Source of the DNA: an uncultured Candidatus Saccharibacteria bacterium
Lineage (GTDB): Bacteria; Patescibacteriota; Minisyncoccia; SW-4-49-11
Assembly: GCA_964633865.1 (NCBI GenBank)
Contig: CAZWIJ010000002.1
Location: 628-64,627 of the forward strand
Length of the DNA: 64,000 nucleotides
Direction: 5' to 3'
In this document: positions 27,109-38,644 of the stretch, one piece after another
Numbering within the stretch: position 1 is the first letter of the stretch
Layout of the letters: the number at the start of each line of letters is the position of its first letter
Translations under genes and position numbers: made by a program
The notes under the pieces: model-generated
What the model saw: the letters and a program-made list of their open reading frames with translations, nothing else
Told to the model about the DNA's origin: nothing
The model's database searches: none

Positions 27109-27588
27109 TTATACTGCTAATACAGCACTTATTACATAATTTGTTATTAAAAAAGCTCCTATCATCAAAACTAGACCTATTGTAGCATTACTTATACTAG
27201 ATAGAGATTGTTTTGCTTTATTACTATCATCACCTGCTGTCATATAATTAAATCCACTCATCAATACTAAACCAAAAAACACAGTACCCACAAGTCCTAA
27301 TGCCCATCTTATAATTTGAGCTATATAACCTATCAGAGTACCTTCTGTTCTGATACCTGGATTAACTCCTAAAAATTCTCCAAGACCATCTTGTACTGGA
27401 GTTTCTGAGTTAGAATTTCCACCACCATCTTCTGAGGTAGTATCAACACATGTAGAAGTATCTTCGTCACAAACTTTTGGGTCAACACATGAGGGATTAC
27501 AAACAGCATAAACAGAGTTTATATTTATTCCTAAACTACATATTGATAATAAAGTCAGAGTAAAAAATATTTTTTTAGATAAGTTCAT
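27109..27588 (-). CDS. CPR/VirB2-like pilin with 4-Cys N-terminal segment
   Basis: Signal peptide, CNPSC..KVC...STC, IIRWALGLVG..SGFNYMTAGDD..KAK...ISNATIG. Confidence 0.85.
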   Translation of the reverse strand: MNLSKKIFFTLTLLSICSLGININSVYAVCNPSCVDPKVCDEDTSTCVDTTSEDGGGNSNSETPVQDGLGEFLGVNPGIRTEGTLIGYIAQIIRWALGLVGTVFFGLVLMSGFNYMTAGDDSNKAKQSLSSISNATIGLVLMIGAFLITNYVISAVLAV

Positions 27589-27630
27589 ATATAGATTTTT
27601 AGATTATATAAAAATTATAACATAAATAAA

Positions 27631-28962
27631 TTATTTCACAAATTCACTTACACTATCTGTAATATTTTGTTCTCCCTTCAGAATACTATCTATGGACTCC
27701 ACTATTCTTTTGTCTTCCTCATAATTATTGGGTTGTTTCCAACTCTGAGCTGTCAATATTTGATCTGCAAATACTCCATAAGTTGGATCCTGTTTTATCG
27801 TATTAACAAGATCTATCCTTGGACTAACTCTTTTAGTGAGTTCAAAATATTTTTGAGATGCTTCTTTGGAAGTAAGAAATTTCAAAAATTTATAAGATGA
27901 TTCAGAATTTTGTGATCTTTTAGCTACAGTATATCCCCAATAATTAGCATAATTAACAGGCAATATACTTGGATCATCTGATATCTGAGGTATTTTGGAT
28001 ACTCCATAATTTAATCTTGGTGATAATGTGGCTAATTGCTCTATATGATATCCATATCCTATCATCATAGCAGCTCTCTTTTGAGCGAACACATCTAGAG
28101 AGTAATTCTGAGCCAAATTCCAAGTATAAAGTGTACTTCTAGGATTAGCAAAATCTGTATAAAATTTTAAAACATTTTCAGCTGATGAAAGATAGTTTTT
28201 TGTTATTTCACTTCCTTCTCTATATTGTATAGTTCCACTTAAATCTATTCCTCCTTGTAACATAAGGAGAGATATAATATCTGGAGATCTTGCAATATTT
28301 GCACCAGCACCCATAGTTATACCAGCTTGAACAATATTTCCATTTAAATCAATTTTTGTTAATTGTTTAGATAAATTTTGAACTTCTTCCCAAGTTGTGG
28401 GTGGATCTTGTATATTTTCAATATAATATAAGTCCTTATTATAAAAGAATGCTAGTGTATCTATAAATAAAGGGAATCCCCAAATTTTTTCATCTTTTAT
28501 AAAATCATTAGGAACTACTTTCACAAAAGAACTGTAATACTCATCAAGAGTCATGACTGAATCTGGCATTGGTTGAGCTAGATTCATTATAGATGCCTGA
28601 TATGGCCATGTATGATGTATAGCAAATATATCAGGGCCTCTATCCTCAGCTAAAGCCTGTACTAACTCTTTTTCATAATCCGTAATTGCAACTTTTTTAT
28701 AGGTAATTTTTATTGTAGGATCTATAGACTGATAAGAGGTCGCTAGTTCATCTATAACTGATGATTCGTCCCATAATCCCCACATAATAATTTCTGTTTG
28801 TGGTACTTCTTCACCTTTTTTAACAACTGGTTCTTTATCTTTATTTTGAAACTGAGGACCTATAAATATCATACCTGCCACTGCTATTGCCATTACTAAA
28901 CCTGCAACAATAAACAACCATTTATTTTTTTCAAATGTATTTAATGAATGATTTGATGCCAT
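27631..28962 (-). CDS. Extracellular solute-binding protein (sugar ABC family)
   Basis: N-terminal TM, GPDIF, PLFIDTLAFFYNKDL, PPTTWEE. Confidence 0.88.
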   Translation of the reverse strand: MASNHSLNTFEKNKWLFIVAGLVMAIAVAGMIFIGPQFQNKDKEPVVKKGEEVPQTEIIMWGLWDESSVIDELATSYQSIDPTIKITYKKVAITDYEKELVQALAEDRGPDIFAIHHTWPYQASIMNLAQPMPDSVMTLDEYYSSFVKVVPNDFIKDEKIWGFPLFIDTLAFFYNKDLYYIENIQDPPTTWEEVQNLSKQLTKIDLNGNIVQAGITMGAGANIARSPDIISLLMLQGGIDLSGTIQYREGSEITKNYLSSAENVLKFYTDFANPRSTLYTWNLAQNYSLDVFAQKRAAMMIGYGYHIEQLATLSPRLNYGVSKIPQISDDPSILPVNYANYWGYTVAKRSQNSESSYKFLKFLTSKEASQKYFELTKRVSPRIDLVNTIKQDPTYGVFADQILTAQSWKQPNNYEEDKRIVESIDSILKGEQNITDSVSEFVK

Positions 28963-29028
28963 ATATTGTTTTTATTTAAAAATTTTATCTGCAAATATAT
29001 TATATCATTAATAAGTATATTTACAAAA

Positions 29029-31512
29029 TTATTCTTCTTCCCCCTCCATATCCTTGTCAGATATAGCTATTGAAGCCACTATATCATCTTTTGATAATCT
29101 CATAACTTTAACTCCTTGGGTATCTCTTCCTAGTGTAGGAATATCTTTTTTGATATTCACTTTTATAATATTACCACCTTTAGAAATAGCAATAACTTCA
29201 TCATTTGTTTTATTAACAACCCTTGCTCCAACAACTAACCCTGTTTTATCTGTTACTTTAGATACTCTTACTCCCATTCCTCCTCTATTTTGGACTTTAT
29301 AGTAATTTAATTTACTCTTTTTACCATAACCTTTTTCAGTCATAATCAAAAGCCAACCTTCTTCATCATTACTGTTGATTTTTTCCATACCAATAATCTC
29401 ATCTTCACCTTTTAGGGACATAGCTTTTACACCTCCTGTAGTTCTTCCCATTGCTCTTAAATCTAATTCTGCGAATCTAATTGCTTTTCCTAATTTAGTA
29501 AATATAAATACATCTGTTTTTTCACCATGAGAAATTGCATTTACAAGTTCATCATTTTCTTTTAGGTTAATCGCAATAATTCCACCTTTTCTAACATTAT
29601 CATAAACTGATTCTTCACTTTTTTTGATTGTAGCATTCTTAGTAACAATAGTTATATACTTTCCATCATTTTGCTCGGTTGGTAAAATAGATTTAATACT
29701 TTCTGTTTTACCCAATTCTAAGAAATTAACTATAGCTTGTCCTTTAGATATTCTTGATCCTTCTGGGATTTCATATGCCTTTAATTTCAAAACTCTCCCT
29801 GTATTAGTAAAGAATAATAATTTTGTATGTGTAGTAGTACTTAAGAAAATAGATACAAAATCATCATCTCTAGTCTTAACACCAGAGATTCCAACTCCAC
29901 CTCTTCTTTGAGATCTATATTCTTTGGGATCAACTCTTTTAATATAACCATCATTTGTCAAAATTATAATTGTAGGTTCATTTGGAATAAAGTCTATTTC
30001 CCTAAAATCATCTAAACTATGATCAAATACTTTAGTTTTTCTATCATCTCCATATACCTCAATCACTTCTCTCAAATCATTTTTAATTATATCTAAAATT
30101 CTTTGATCAGATGCTAAAATAGATTCCAATTCTTTAATTAATGCCATGAGTTCAGCTAACTCATAAAGAATCTTTTGTCTTTCCAAACCTGCCAAAGTTT
30201 GAAGTCTCATATCCAAAATAGCCTGAACTTGAATCAAACTAAACTCAAACCTCTTAATCAAATTTACTCTAGCTATCTCTTTTGTCTCAGAACCTCTAAT
30301 TATAGAAATTACTTCATCAATAAAATCTAATGCTTTTTTTAATCCCTCTAAGATATGAGCTCTATCTTTAGCTTGTTTTAATTCGAAAGCTGTCTTTCTT
30401 ACAATCACTTCTTTTCTATGAGCAATATAATATTCCAAAGCTTGTTTCAAAGACAAAGTTCTTGGCTCGATTCCATTTACTAGAGCTAACATATTTACAT
30501 GATAAGTCTTTTGTAAATCAGTTAACTTATAAAGTTTATTTAAGACCTTCTGTGGATAAGCATCTGGTTTTAACTCAATCACAACCCTTACACCATCTTT
30601 ATCTGATTCATCTCTCAAGTCTTTAATTCCATCTAATCTTTTGTCTCTTACCAAATCTGCCATCTTCTCTATCAAAGTAGCTTTATTAGTCTGATAAGTC
30701 ATTTCAGTAACTATAATATTAAAGCCTTTTTTCCCTCTCTCTACAATATCTGCTTTAGCTCTTGTAACTATAGGGCCTCTACCAGTAGAATAAACTTGTT
30801 GGATATTCTGAAAATTATAAATTTCTCCTCCAGTAGGAAAATCTGGACCTTTTACAAATTTTAATAATTCATCGACTGTGATATTAGGATTTTCAATAAT
30901 TGCTATTGTTGCATTACAAATTTCTCGAAGATTATGAGGAGGAATATTTGTAGCCATACCAACAGCAATACCAGTAACTCCATTAATTAAAAGTTGTGGG
31001 ATTCTTGAAGGCAATACTGTAGGCTCTGTCTCACTACCATCATAATTAGGAATGAAATTAACTGTATCTTTCTCAATATCAACAAGCATCTCTCTTGCTA
31101 TCTTGTCCATCTTTGACTCTGTATACCTCATAGCAGCCGCTGAGTCTCCATCCATAGAACCGAAGTTACCTTGACCTTTTACCAAAGTATATCTCAAAGA
31201 AAAATCTTGAGCCATTCTAACCAAAGAATCATAAACAGCAGTATCCCCATGAGGATGATATTTACCAAGCACTTCTCCAACTATGGTAGCTGATTTTCTA
31301 AATTTAGCTTCAGGTTTTAACCCCAATTTATGCATAGCATAAAGAATTCTTCTATGAACTGGCTTTAACCCGTCTCTAACATCAGGTAAAGCTCTATCAA
31401 CAATCACACTCATAGAATAATCAAGATAAGATCTCTCCATCTCTAATACAATATCTGTCTCTTCGATATAACCTAATTTTTCTATAAATTCTCTTTTATT
31501 TGAATTTTCCAT
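29029..31512 (-). CDS. gyrA: DNA gyrase subunit A
   Basis: [29 protein letters not shown], GyrA box QRRGGVG. Confidence 0.97.
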   Translation of the reverse strand: MENSNKREFIEKLGYIEETDIVLEMERSYLDYSMSVIVDRALPDVRDGLKPVHRRILYAMHKLGLKPEAKFRKSATIVGEVLGKYHPHGDTAVYDSLVRMAQDFSLRYTLVKGQGNFGSMDGDSAAAMRYTESKMDKIAREMLVDIEKDTVNFIPNYDGSETEPTVLPSRIPQLLINGVTGIAVGMATNIPPHNLREICNATIAIIENPNITVDELLKFVKGPDFPTGGEIYNFQNIQQVYSTGRGPIVTRAKADIVERGKKGFNIIVTEMTYQTNKATLIEKMADLVRDKRLDGIKDLRDESDKDGVRVVIELKPDAYPQKVLNKLYKLTDLQKTYHVNMLALVNGIEPRTLSLKQALEYYIAHRKEVIVRKTAFELKQAKDRAHILEGLKKALDFIDEVISIIRGSETKEIARVNLIKRFEFSLIQVQAILDMRLQTLAGLERQKILYELAELMALIKELESILASDQRILDIIKNDLREVIEVYGDDRKTKVFDHSLDDFREIDFIPNEPTIIILTNDGYIKRVDPKEYRSQRRGGVGISGVKTRDDDFVSIFLSTTTHTKLLFFTNTGRVLKLKAYEIPEGSRISKGQAIVNFLELGKTESIKSILPTEQNDGKYITIVTKNATIKKSEESVYDNVRKGGIIAINLKENDELVNAISHGEKTDVFIFTKLGKAIRFAELDLRAMGRTTGGVKAMSLKGEDEIIGMEKINSNDEEGWLLIMTEKGYGKKSKLNYYKVQNRGGMGVRVSKVTDKTGLVVGARVVNKTNDEVIAISKGGNIIKVNIKKDIPTLGRDTQGVKVMRLSKDDIVASIAISDKDMEGEEE

Positions 31513-31520
31513 ACTAATTC

Positions 31521-32153
31521 TTAAATTTCAACTGATAATAATTTCACTTCCGTTGTGTCATAAGGTAATTCAGACTTCTTAACTGCATATTCACTCGCAA
31601 AATCTTTTTTGAATCCATACTCATTAGCAAATCCATCTATAGGATTTTTTTCAACTGAGAAATCCTCATACTGATAATTCATAGGAACCACTACTCTTGG
31701 TTCAATTGAATTGACTAAAGAATTTGCTTTATTACTATTTAGGACTCCAGATCCACCTACTGGAATAAATAGTATATCAGGGTTTCCAACAAACCCAATA
31801 TCTTCACCATCAAGCTCTCTATCTAGGGAACCTAAATAAACAATTAACATATTATTAATTGACATAGAAACTATATTTGTTTTTAAATTATCTAATCTTT
31901 TAATTGATTTTACAATAATAGTTGCTGATTTATAAGAATATTCTCCTGCCCCATCTATCAAAAAACAACCTGATTTATTAACTTTTTCTTGTATAAAATG
32001 ACTATATGTTATTAATTTATAAGGTAGTATCAAAAGAGAATCTTTATCTATGACAACTGTTAACTTATTATTATGTTCATATAAACCAAAGACTACTTTA
32101 ACATTTGATGTCTTTATTGAAACTGATTCCTCACCATGCCACTTAATTTTCAT
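31521..32153 (-). CDS. MBL-fold (lactamase_B_3-like) protein, degenerate
   Basis: [25 protein letters not shown]; canonical His motif absent. Confidence 0.75.
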   Translation of the reverse strand: MKIKWHGEESVSIKTSNVKVVFGLYEHNNKLTVVIDKDSLLILPYKLITYSHFIQEKVNKSGCFLIDGAGEYSYKSATIIVKSIKRLDNLKTNIVSMSINNMLIVYLGSLDRELDGEDIGFVGNPDILFIPVGGSGVLNSNKANSLVNSIEPRVVVPMNYQYEDFSVEKNPIDGFANEYGFKKDFASEYAVKKSELPYDTTEVKLLSVEI

Positions 32154-32162
32154 ATTCTTATT

Positions 32163-33659
32163 CTAATTTAAAGTTTTTTCTAATAATTCTCTTGCTATTT
32201 GAGGATTAGCACTTCCCCTACTTGTCTTCATAACCTGACCAACCAAAAACTGAACTGAATTTTGATTGCCAGATTTATAGTCATTCACAACCTTTTCATT
32301 ATCTATAATAACTTGATCAACTATAGACTGTAAAGCTCCTGCATCATTTACTTGCCTCAAACTTTTTTCTTCAATAATATCACTTGGATCAGAGCCTTTT
32401 TGGAACATTTCTGCAAGAACAGTCTGAGCACCAGAAGAGGATATTTCACCACTAGCAACAATTGTAATAAATTCAGCATAATTTTCTGCAGTAATTCTTG
32501 GATCAACAAAATCAGATCTATTCTCTCCATTCATTCGAATAAGCTCAGTCAAAAGGTAGTTAGTAGCTAGCTTCACTAATTTTAGATATTTATCACTTTT
32601 AAGAGGATTTTCTATATCTTGATTATTTATACTAAACCACTCTAATAATTCAGAAATAGTATTTTCATAATAATTTGCCAAATATCTATCTTTGGTAATA
32701 GTCTCTGCTTGTTGTTTTGTCAAACCATATTCAGATACAAATCTTTTTCTCTTAGAAAAAGGTAATTCTCTCATACTTTGATTAGCTTCCAGAACAATTT
32801 CTTTAGTATCAAAAGGTGGAATATCTGGTTCCATAAAATACCTATAATCTTTGGCATTCTCTTTTTTTCTTTGAGAAAAAGTCTCTGATTTATTATCATC
32901 CCAACCTCTAGTTTCTTGAATAATTTTTTCTCCATTTTCTAATAATGCAGTTTGCCTTTCTATCTCATAATTAATACAATTCTCTACAACTTTAAAAGAG
33001 TTTAGATTTTTAATCTCAACTTTAGTACCAAAGACTTCTGTTCCCACTTCTCTGAGTGAAATATTAACTTCACATCGCATTTGACCTTTACTCATATCAG
33101 CATCAGAAATATCTAAATGTTGCAAAATTAACTGCAATTCTTCACAAAAAACTCTAGCTTCCTCACCATCTCTAATATCTGGTTCTGTTACAAGCTCCAT
33201 CAAAGGTATTCCTGCTCTATTGTAATCTACATAGCTATTAGAATCTCCAGTGATATGAGTAAGTTTACCAGTATCTTCTTCCATATGAATTCTGGTAATT
33301 CTAATATTTTTTTCTCCTTTACTTGTCTCAATAGTCATATTTCCTTCATAACACATTGGTTTTTCGTACTGTGTAATCTGATAACCTTTAGGCAAATCTG
33401 GGTAAAAATAACTTTTTCTTTCAAACCAAGTATATTCTTCTAGTTTACAATTAAGAGCTTTCCCAAATCTTGCAATCTGAACTAAAGCTTGCTTGTTAGG
33501 AACAGGCAAAGTCCCAGGATGAGCAGTACAGACAGGACAGATATGTGTATTTGGAGTTTCATCTAATCCTTTGTTATTTTTACAAGAACAAAACATTTTT
33601 GACTTAGTATTGGCTTCAACATGAACTTCCATACCAATAATAGCTTCGTATTTAGGCAT
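32163..33659 (-). CDS. gatB: Asp/Glu-tRNA amidotransferase subunit B
   Basis: IGMEVH, RKSYFYPDLPKGYQITQ, HMEED, DYNRAG.PLME. Confidence 0.97.
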   Translation of the reverse strand: MPKYEAIIGMEVHVEANTKSKMFCSCKNNKGLDETPNTHICPVCTAHPGTLPVPNKQALVQIARFGKALNCKLEEYTWFERKSYFYPDLPKGYQITQYEKPMCYEGNMTIETSKGEKNIRITRIHMEEDTGKLTHITGDSNSYVDYNRAGIPLMELVTEPDIRDGEEARVFCEELQLILQHLDISDADMSKGQMRCEVNISLREVGTEVFGTKVEIKNLNSFKVVENCINYEIERQTALLENGEKIIQETRGWDDNKSETFSQRKKENAKDYRYFMEPDIPPFDTKEIVLEANQSMRELPFSKRKRFVSEYGLTKQQAETITKDRYLANYYENTISELLEWFSINNQDIENPLKSDKYLKLVKLATNYLLTELIRMNGENRSDFVDPRITAENYAEFITIVASGEISSSGAQTVLAEMFQKGSDPSDIIEEKSLRQVNDAGALQSIVDQVIIDNEKVVNDYKSGNQNSVQFLVGQVMKTSRGSANPQIARELLEKTLN

Positions 33660-33752
33660 AATTCTATTTAACTATTTATTATATGTATTTAGTATATCAA
33701 ATAACAATGACTTTATCAAATTATTTTTAAAAAGTTAAACTTGAATCAAAAT

Positions 33753-33787
33753 AAAAAGCAACTCTTTTTTGGAGAGTTACTTTTTTT
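33753..33787. terminator. Terminator downstream of paralog pair
   Basis: AAAAGCAACTCT...AGAGTTACTTTTTTT. Confidence 0.6.
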
Positions 33788-33797
33788 ATGAATTTAT

Positions 33798-34658
33798 TTA
33801 TTTCTCAGACAGTATTTTATCGAAATTTTCTACAAATTCTATACTTTGATAAAAAGATATATTAAATCCAGCATCATCTTTATTTTTAAATCCAGCCAAT
33901 GCTGAACCATCTTGGCCTAACTCAATAAAAAAATATTTTGTCTTACTTTTATCAGATGAATCAAAGAAAAAGCTTGCTCCACCAGCTAAAGCATAAGACT
34001 TTGCACTATTTGGACAATTAATTTCTGAAGCTAAATAAGGGTTATCTTCAATTTCTTTTTCTGTTCTACCAAATTGTGTTGCTTCAATATATACTGTTTT
34101 AAAAAACTCATTATTTTGTTTTGCTAAACATTTTTTAGGATCAGCTCCACTTAAAAAATCTTTTTCTACAGTTTGTAATAAAGTTAAATTTGTATCTTTT
34201 TGTAATACTTCAATAGTATCATCATCTCCCACAGTCAATATATTTCCTGATTCTTTGACAGAATAATTTGAATACATATTATTATAAGGATCACTTGGAA
34301 GATAAGTAAAACCTATTCCCAAATTTTCTGAATAGAATATTTTTGTTCCTTCAACTTTATTCTTAAGGTCAAATATTTCTTCTAATTCAGCTTGAGTATA
34401 TTCTTTTTTAACCTCCTCGACTACAGGACCTTCATCTGTCTCCATAGAATCAACCATAGAACTTTCTTCTGTATTAGAAGGTTCTTCTAATGTATTTTCT
34501 TCGGTATCTACCATTACCATTTCTGTTGTTATATTCTTTTTATTTAAATCAAGATGATTTTCACCAGATATAGCTAATAATAGAAACATTGGCACCATTA
34601 ACAATAATGCTATTACTAAAAAGGGTACTTTGACATGTGCTTCTAATAAATTTTTCAT
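33798..34658 (-). CDS. Membrane-anchored surface protein, paralog A
   Basis: N-terminal TM, acidic linker, conserved block to GIGFTYLP, divergent C-domain with two Cys. Confidence 0.75.
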   Translation of the reverse strand: MKNLLEAHVKVPFLVIALLLMVPMFLLLAISGENHLDLNKKNITTEMVMVDTEENTLEEPSNTEESSMVDSMETDEGPVVEEVKKEYTQAELEEIFDLKNKVEGTKIFYSENLGIGFTYLPSDPYNNMYSNYSVKESGNILTVGDDDTIEVLQKDTNLTLLQTVEKDFLSGADPKKCLAKQNNEFFKTVYIEATQFGRTEKEIEDNPYLASEINCPNSAKSYALAGGASFFFDSSDKSKTKYFFIELGQDGSALAGFKNKDDAGFNISFYQSIEFVENFDKILSEK

Positions 34659-34685
34659 ATATATTATTTTTAATTATTATAATTG

Positions 34686-35504
34686 TTATTTTAGAAATCT
34701 TATTGACTCTGTAAAATGTTGTTTTTCAATACCATTAGAAATATATCCATCTTGTGTACTATATAATACATAAGAATATTTAGAAGCATTTAATTTATCT
34801 TCGATAAAATAACTAGCAGCATTAGTGACAGCATAAGGTTCTGCTGAAGAACAATTATAAGCACTTTCCCAATATGGGATATCATTATCTTCTGTGGTTA
34901 TATAATTTATCCTTAAAATATTATGTGCTTCATTATTTATAAACCCCCAATCTTGTGGCTCAACAAAACATTTTTCAGGATTAATTCCTTTTAAAAATCT
35001 ATCTTCTATAGCTTGTTGTAAAGTCTGATCAGATTTCTTTTCAAATACTTCAATTCTAGGAACATTATCAAATTCACTACCTTGAATCCTTACCACATTA
35101 CCAGCTTCAATAAATTTAATTTCTTGTTTATCATTACCATATGGATAAGGTAAATAAGTAAACCCTATTCCTAAATTCTTTGAATAAAATATTTTTGTTC
35201 CTTCAACTTTATTCTTAAGATCAAATATTTCTTCCAATTCTGCTTGGGTATATTCTTTTTTTACTTCTTCTACTGGTGTATCAATATTTTTAGTATCCGT
35301 AATAGTACTTTCTTCTGTCTCCATAGAATCAAGCATAGAGCTTTCTTCTCTATCTACCATTACAACCTCCGTTGTTGTATTCTTTTTATTTAAATCAAGA
35401 TGATTTTCACCAGATATTGCTAATAATAGGAACATTGGTACCATTAACAATAATGCTACTACTAAAAAAGGTACTTTGACATGTGCTTCTAATAAATTTT
35501 TCAT
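34686..35504 (-). CDS. Membrane-anchored surface protein, paralog B
   Basis: N-terminus nearly identical to 33798..34658. Confidence 0.75.
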   Translation of the reverse strand: MKNLLEAHVKVPFLVVALLLMVPMFLLLAISGENHLDLNKKNTTTEVVMVDREESSMLDSMETEESTITDTKNIDTPVEEVKKEYTQAELEEIFDLKNKVEGTKIFYSKNLGIGFTYLPYPYGNDKQEIKFIEAGNVVRIQGSEFDNVPRIEVFEKKSDQTLQQAIEDRFLKGINPEKCFVEPQDWGFINNEAHNILRINYITTEDNDIPYWESAYNCSSAEPYAVTNAASYFIEDKLNASKYSYVLYSTQDGYISNGIEKQHFTESIRFLK

Positions 35505-35701
35505 ATATATTATTTTTTTATAAATTTGTAATTATTTTTTGATTACTGTAGATTACTATCAATAACTTATTTATTTTGTTCACATATCTTTAGATTATTA
35601 TTTTTAATATTTTATAACTATATATTCTCTTCATATTTTAGTATATAATTATATCTTGTTTTTATTTTAACATATTTTTGATATTTTCAAAATATATTAT
35701 A

Positions 35702-36865
35702 TTAATTCAAAGCTTTAAGCACTTCATACACCAAATATAAAACATAGCTAGACATGAGAACAATAGAAATTAATTTACCTAGATTAAATCTTTTGGCTAT
35801 CAAGACAGCTATTAGAGTGCTTGCAGAAGCAATTAATAAAATTATAGAGCTATCTAAATTACTAGTATCTACTGGTATAGGCTCAAACCCAAAAAGTACT
35901 AATCCAAAAAACCATGTTAGACCTAAATTTGCTAAAATATCAAAAATATTTGAACCAACTGCATTACTAATTGCAGTATCACCATAACCTTCTCTAGCAG
36001 TCTTTACTGAAGCTAATAAATCTGGAACACTCGTACCTACCGCTAATACCGTCAAACTAATTACTACTGGACTAATACCCAGAATATTTGAAAATTCTAC
36101 TGCAGAATTTACCATCAATGTACTAAATAATATTACAAATCCAACACTAAGTAAAACATTAAAAATCAATTTGAAATAATTAAAAGTTTTATTATCTACT
36201 CTAAAAAACAAAAAACTGAATATTTTAGCTACTAAATGATCTAAACTAATAAATGGATTTTTATTCTTATCTAAAGTCCAATTCTGATCTTTGATATGGA
36301 TCAAAATTTCTTCTTCTGTATCTTTTTCTTTAGCTAACTCTTTTCTAGTCTCTTCTTCTTCGTCAATAAAACTACTATGAACTTTATCATTTAAGAATTG
36401 TAATATAAATTTCCATTTTAGAACTATTCCAAAATAAATTCCAAATGATACCAAAAGAAACAAAGATTCTGTTAAAGTTACTAGTGAATCTTTTACTACA
36501 AACCAAACTAATAAAACTGAAAAAACATAATATAATAAATCTCTGATTGTTGATGGCCAAGATAATTTTTTTGAACCAAACCAGCTAGAAGCTCCCACTA
36601 TAAATAATATTGAGAATAATGCTGAACCAATAACAGTTCCGGGCCCCATAGAAGCTTGATTCCCTCCTGTAGTAGCTGCCAGAAATAAGCTGATCGCTGA
36701 TACAGATAATTCTGGAGCAGAAGAAACAAAGCTAATAATTGTACCTGTTTGGTCATCAGTCCAACTTTGTCTATATTTAAGAGTATAAATATTAGGTATC
36801 AAAAATCTATCTACTATCAAGCTAAGCCCCCAAAATGTAAGTATAATTACGAATAAATAAAACAT
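35702..36865 (-). CDS. Calcium/sodium antiporter (CaCA family)
   Basis: SSAPEL, GTVIGS, AVGTSVPDL, SNAVGSNIFD. Confidence 0.9.
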   Translation of the reverse strand: MFYLFVIILTFWGLSLIVDRFLIPNIYTLKYRQSWTDDQTGTIISFVSSAPELSVSAISLFLAATTGGNQASMGPGTVIGSALFSILFIVGASSWFGSKKLSWPSTIRDLLYYVFSVLLVWFVVKDSLVTLTESLFLLVSFGIYFGIVLKWKFILQFLNDKVHSSFIDEEEETRKELAKEKDTEEEILIHIKDQNWTLDKNKNPFISLDHLVAKIFSFLFFRVDNKTFNYFKLIFNVLLSVGFVILFSTLMVNSAVEFSNILGISPVVISLTVLAVGTSVPDLLASVKTAREGYGDTAISNAVGSNIFDILANLGLTWFFGLVLFGFEPIPVDTSNLDSSIILLIASASTLIAVLIAKRFNLGKLISIVLMSSYVLYLVYEVLKALN

Positions 36866-37015
36866 AAGTATATATTATTAATATTTTAATTAAAAATGTA
36901 GCGATTCATTTATTTTGTTTTTGAATCATACTCTATATGATAGCATATTTTTTGATTTTTAGTAATTTATTTAAAATGAAATATACAAAATTAATGTTAT
37001 TAAGAATATAATACT

Positions 37016-37969
37016 TTAATTCATCTTTAGTCTTTTATCCAAATTTACAGAAAAATAACCAAGACCAATAAATACAAATCCTAAAATAATCAAAGAAATT
37101 GGCCATCCCAATGAAGAAGCAAAATATCTATTTGTAATATAAATTATATACCCTGCTAGGAATAATGAGTTAATAATTAATATCCATCTACTCTTTAAGT
37201 ATAAAGACAATGAATATACTCCTATACTAATTAGAATATATAAAAACTGCCAAAAGACAATTTCTACTTTTGAGATAGAACCTCCAAGAATAAAAATAGT
37301 ACCGAATATATTAGTCAATGGAATCAAATATTTATTAAATGTATTCTCAAAATATTTAGATAAAATTATATAAATAAAACCAATTAATACGAACACCATA
37401 AAAATAGTATCTTGTATTATAAAATTATTATCATCTAATACAAAGAAATATGTCATAAAGAAAAATATTGTCAAATTAAGTAAAGTAAAAAAAGTTAATA
37501 CAGCTTGCTTCATTGAGTAATTGATTCCAAGATAAAATAAAGAAATTACACCAAAAGCCAGCATAGGAACTAATAAAGTATTCTCAGCTAAAATGAAATT
37601 TTTATTTAATTCATAAATTAAAACTGATGTTCCAATCAAATTAACAATTCCTCCTATAAAATAAAATACTATACTTAATAAATTCTTATTCTTTCTTTGA
37701 AGAAAAATTGAATTGAATGTAAAGATAATTCCTAATCCCAATGTTATTAAAATTCTGAGAAAAGAAGGGACATCAACCCAAATATTATTTAAAAATACTA
37801 CTATTCCAATTAAAGCAATAATTATTCCTAAAATATATAAAACTATATTCAAAGATAATTTATAAGTTCCAGTATTTGTTAGATTAACAATATTTAGAAT
37901 TTCTGCCCTAGAAATTTCTTTCTTTTCTAATCTAATTTTTAAATCTTGTAAAAATTCTTCTTTATTCAT
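37016..37969 (-). CDS. DUF2157-like polytopic membrane protein
   Basis: VLYILG..IALIGI....W, YF..SLGWPISLII.G. Confidence 0.7.
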   Translation of the reverse strand: MNKEEFLQDLKIRLEKKEISRAEILNIVNLTNTGTYKLSLNIVLYILGIIIALIGIVVFLNNIWVDVPSFLRILITLGLGIIFTFNSIFLQRKNKNLLSIVFYFIGGIVNLIGTSVLIYELNKNFILAENTLLVPMLAFGVISLFYLGINYSMKQAVLTFFTLLNLTIFFFMTYFFVLDDNNFIIQDTIFMVFVLIGFIYIILSKYFENTFNKYLIPLTNIFGTIFILGGSISKVEIVFWQFLYILISIGVYSLSLYLKSRWILIINSLFLAGYIIYITNRYFASSLGWPISLIILGFVFIGLGYFSVNLDKRLKMN

Positions 37970-37980
37970 GATATTATTAT

Positions 37981-38547
37981 TTATTCTTTTATCCAACCTA
38001 AAAATTTATAATTATTATCACCATAATAAAACTCATTATTTGGCAACTTAAGATCTAACTTTTTGCTAAGATTATCTTTGACTAAATAATATTGTCTTTC
38101 TCCACCAGAGCTAAAAGGTCCACCATAACTGTTTTTATTAACAACTTCATAACCATCATCTGAAGTAATTTTAGGATTTATATTTAATTTTTCTAATTCT
38201 TCTATAGTGAGCTCAGTACTTAAATTTTCTTTATTATTATGCTTAAAGAATTTAACCTCCTTATTTTCATCTTTATCTAAAATTTTGTTACCATTTATAT
38301 CCTGATCTTGTCCAATTTCTTGTACAACTAATTTATTATTTTCTATTCTATAGTTATTTTTTATAAAATTACATATTGGTTCTCCATTACTATAACCTGA
38401 ATCCTTACAAGTAAGATATATAAAGTTATAATCTGTTTTCACATAATAAGATGGAATATATACTACACCAAGCATTACTAAAATAAATACTATAGGAAGA
38501 GAAAAAGATATGATTATTATAAGATTGTCTTTCAAGAATTTTTTCAT
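37981..38547 (-). CDS. Conserved hypothetical membrane-anchored protein
   Basis: N-terminal TM, YNFIY, S.DGY, C-terminal FLGWI. Confidence 0.7.
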   Translation of the reverse strand: MKKFLKDNLIIIISFSLPIVFILVMLGVVYIPSYYVKTDYNFIYLTCKDSGYSNGEPICNFIKNNYRIENNKLVVQEIGQDQDINGNKILDKDENKEVKFFKHNNKENLSTELTIEELEKLNINPKITSDDGYEVVNKNSYGGPFSSGGERQYYLVKDNLSKKLDLKLPNNEFYYGDNNYKFLGWIKE

Positions 38548-38644
38548 ATATATAAAAATTAAATATGTTATTAATTTTATTATACTCTTTTTTATTAAAA
38601 ATAAAAGAAAAGAAGATTTATATAAATCTTCTTTTTACTAAAAA

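Noticed and set aside
25057-27588. Type IV pilins serving the PilB ATPase
   Set aside because: There is no class III signal (G|FTLxE); the proteins have the two-TM VirB2/TrbC-like pattern.
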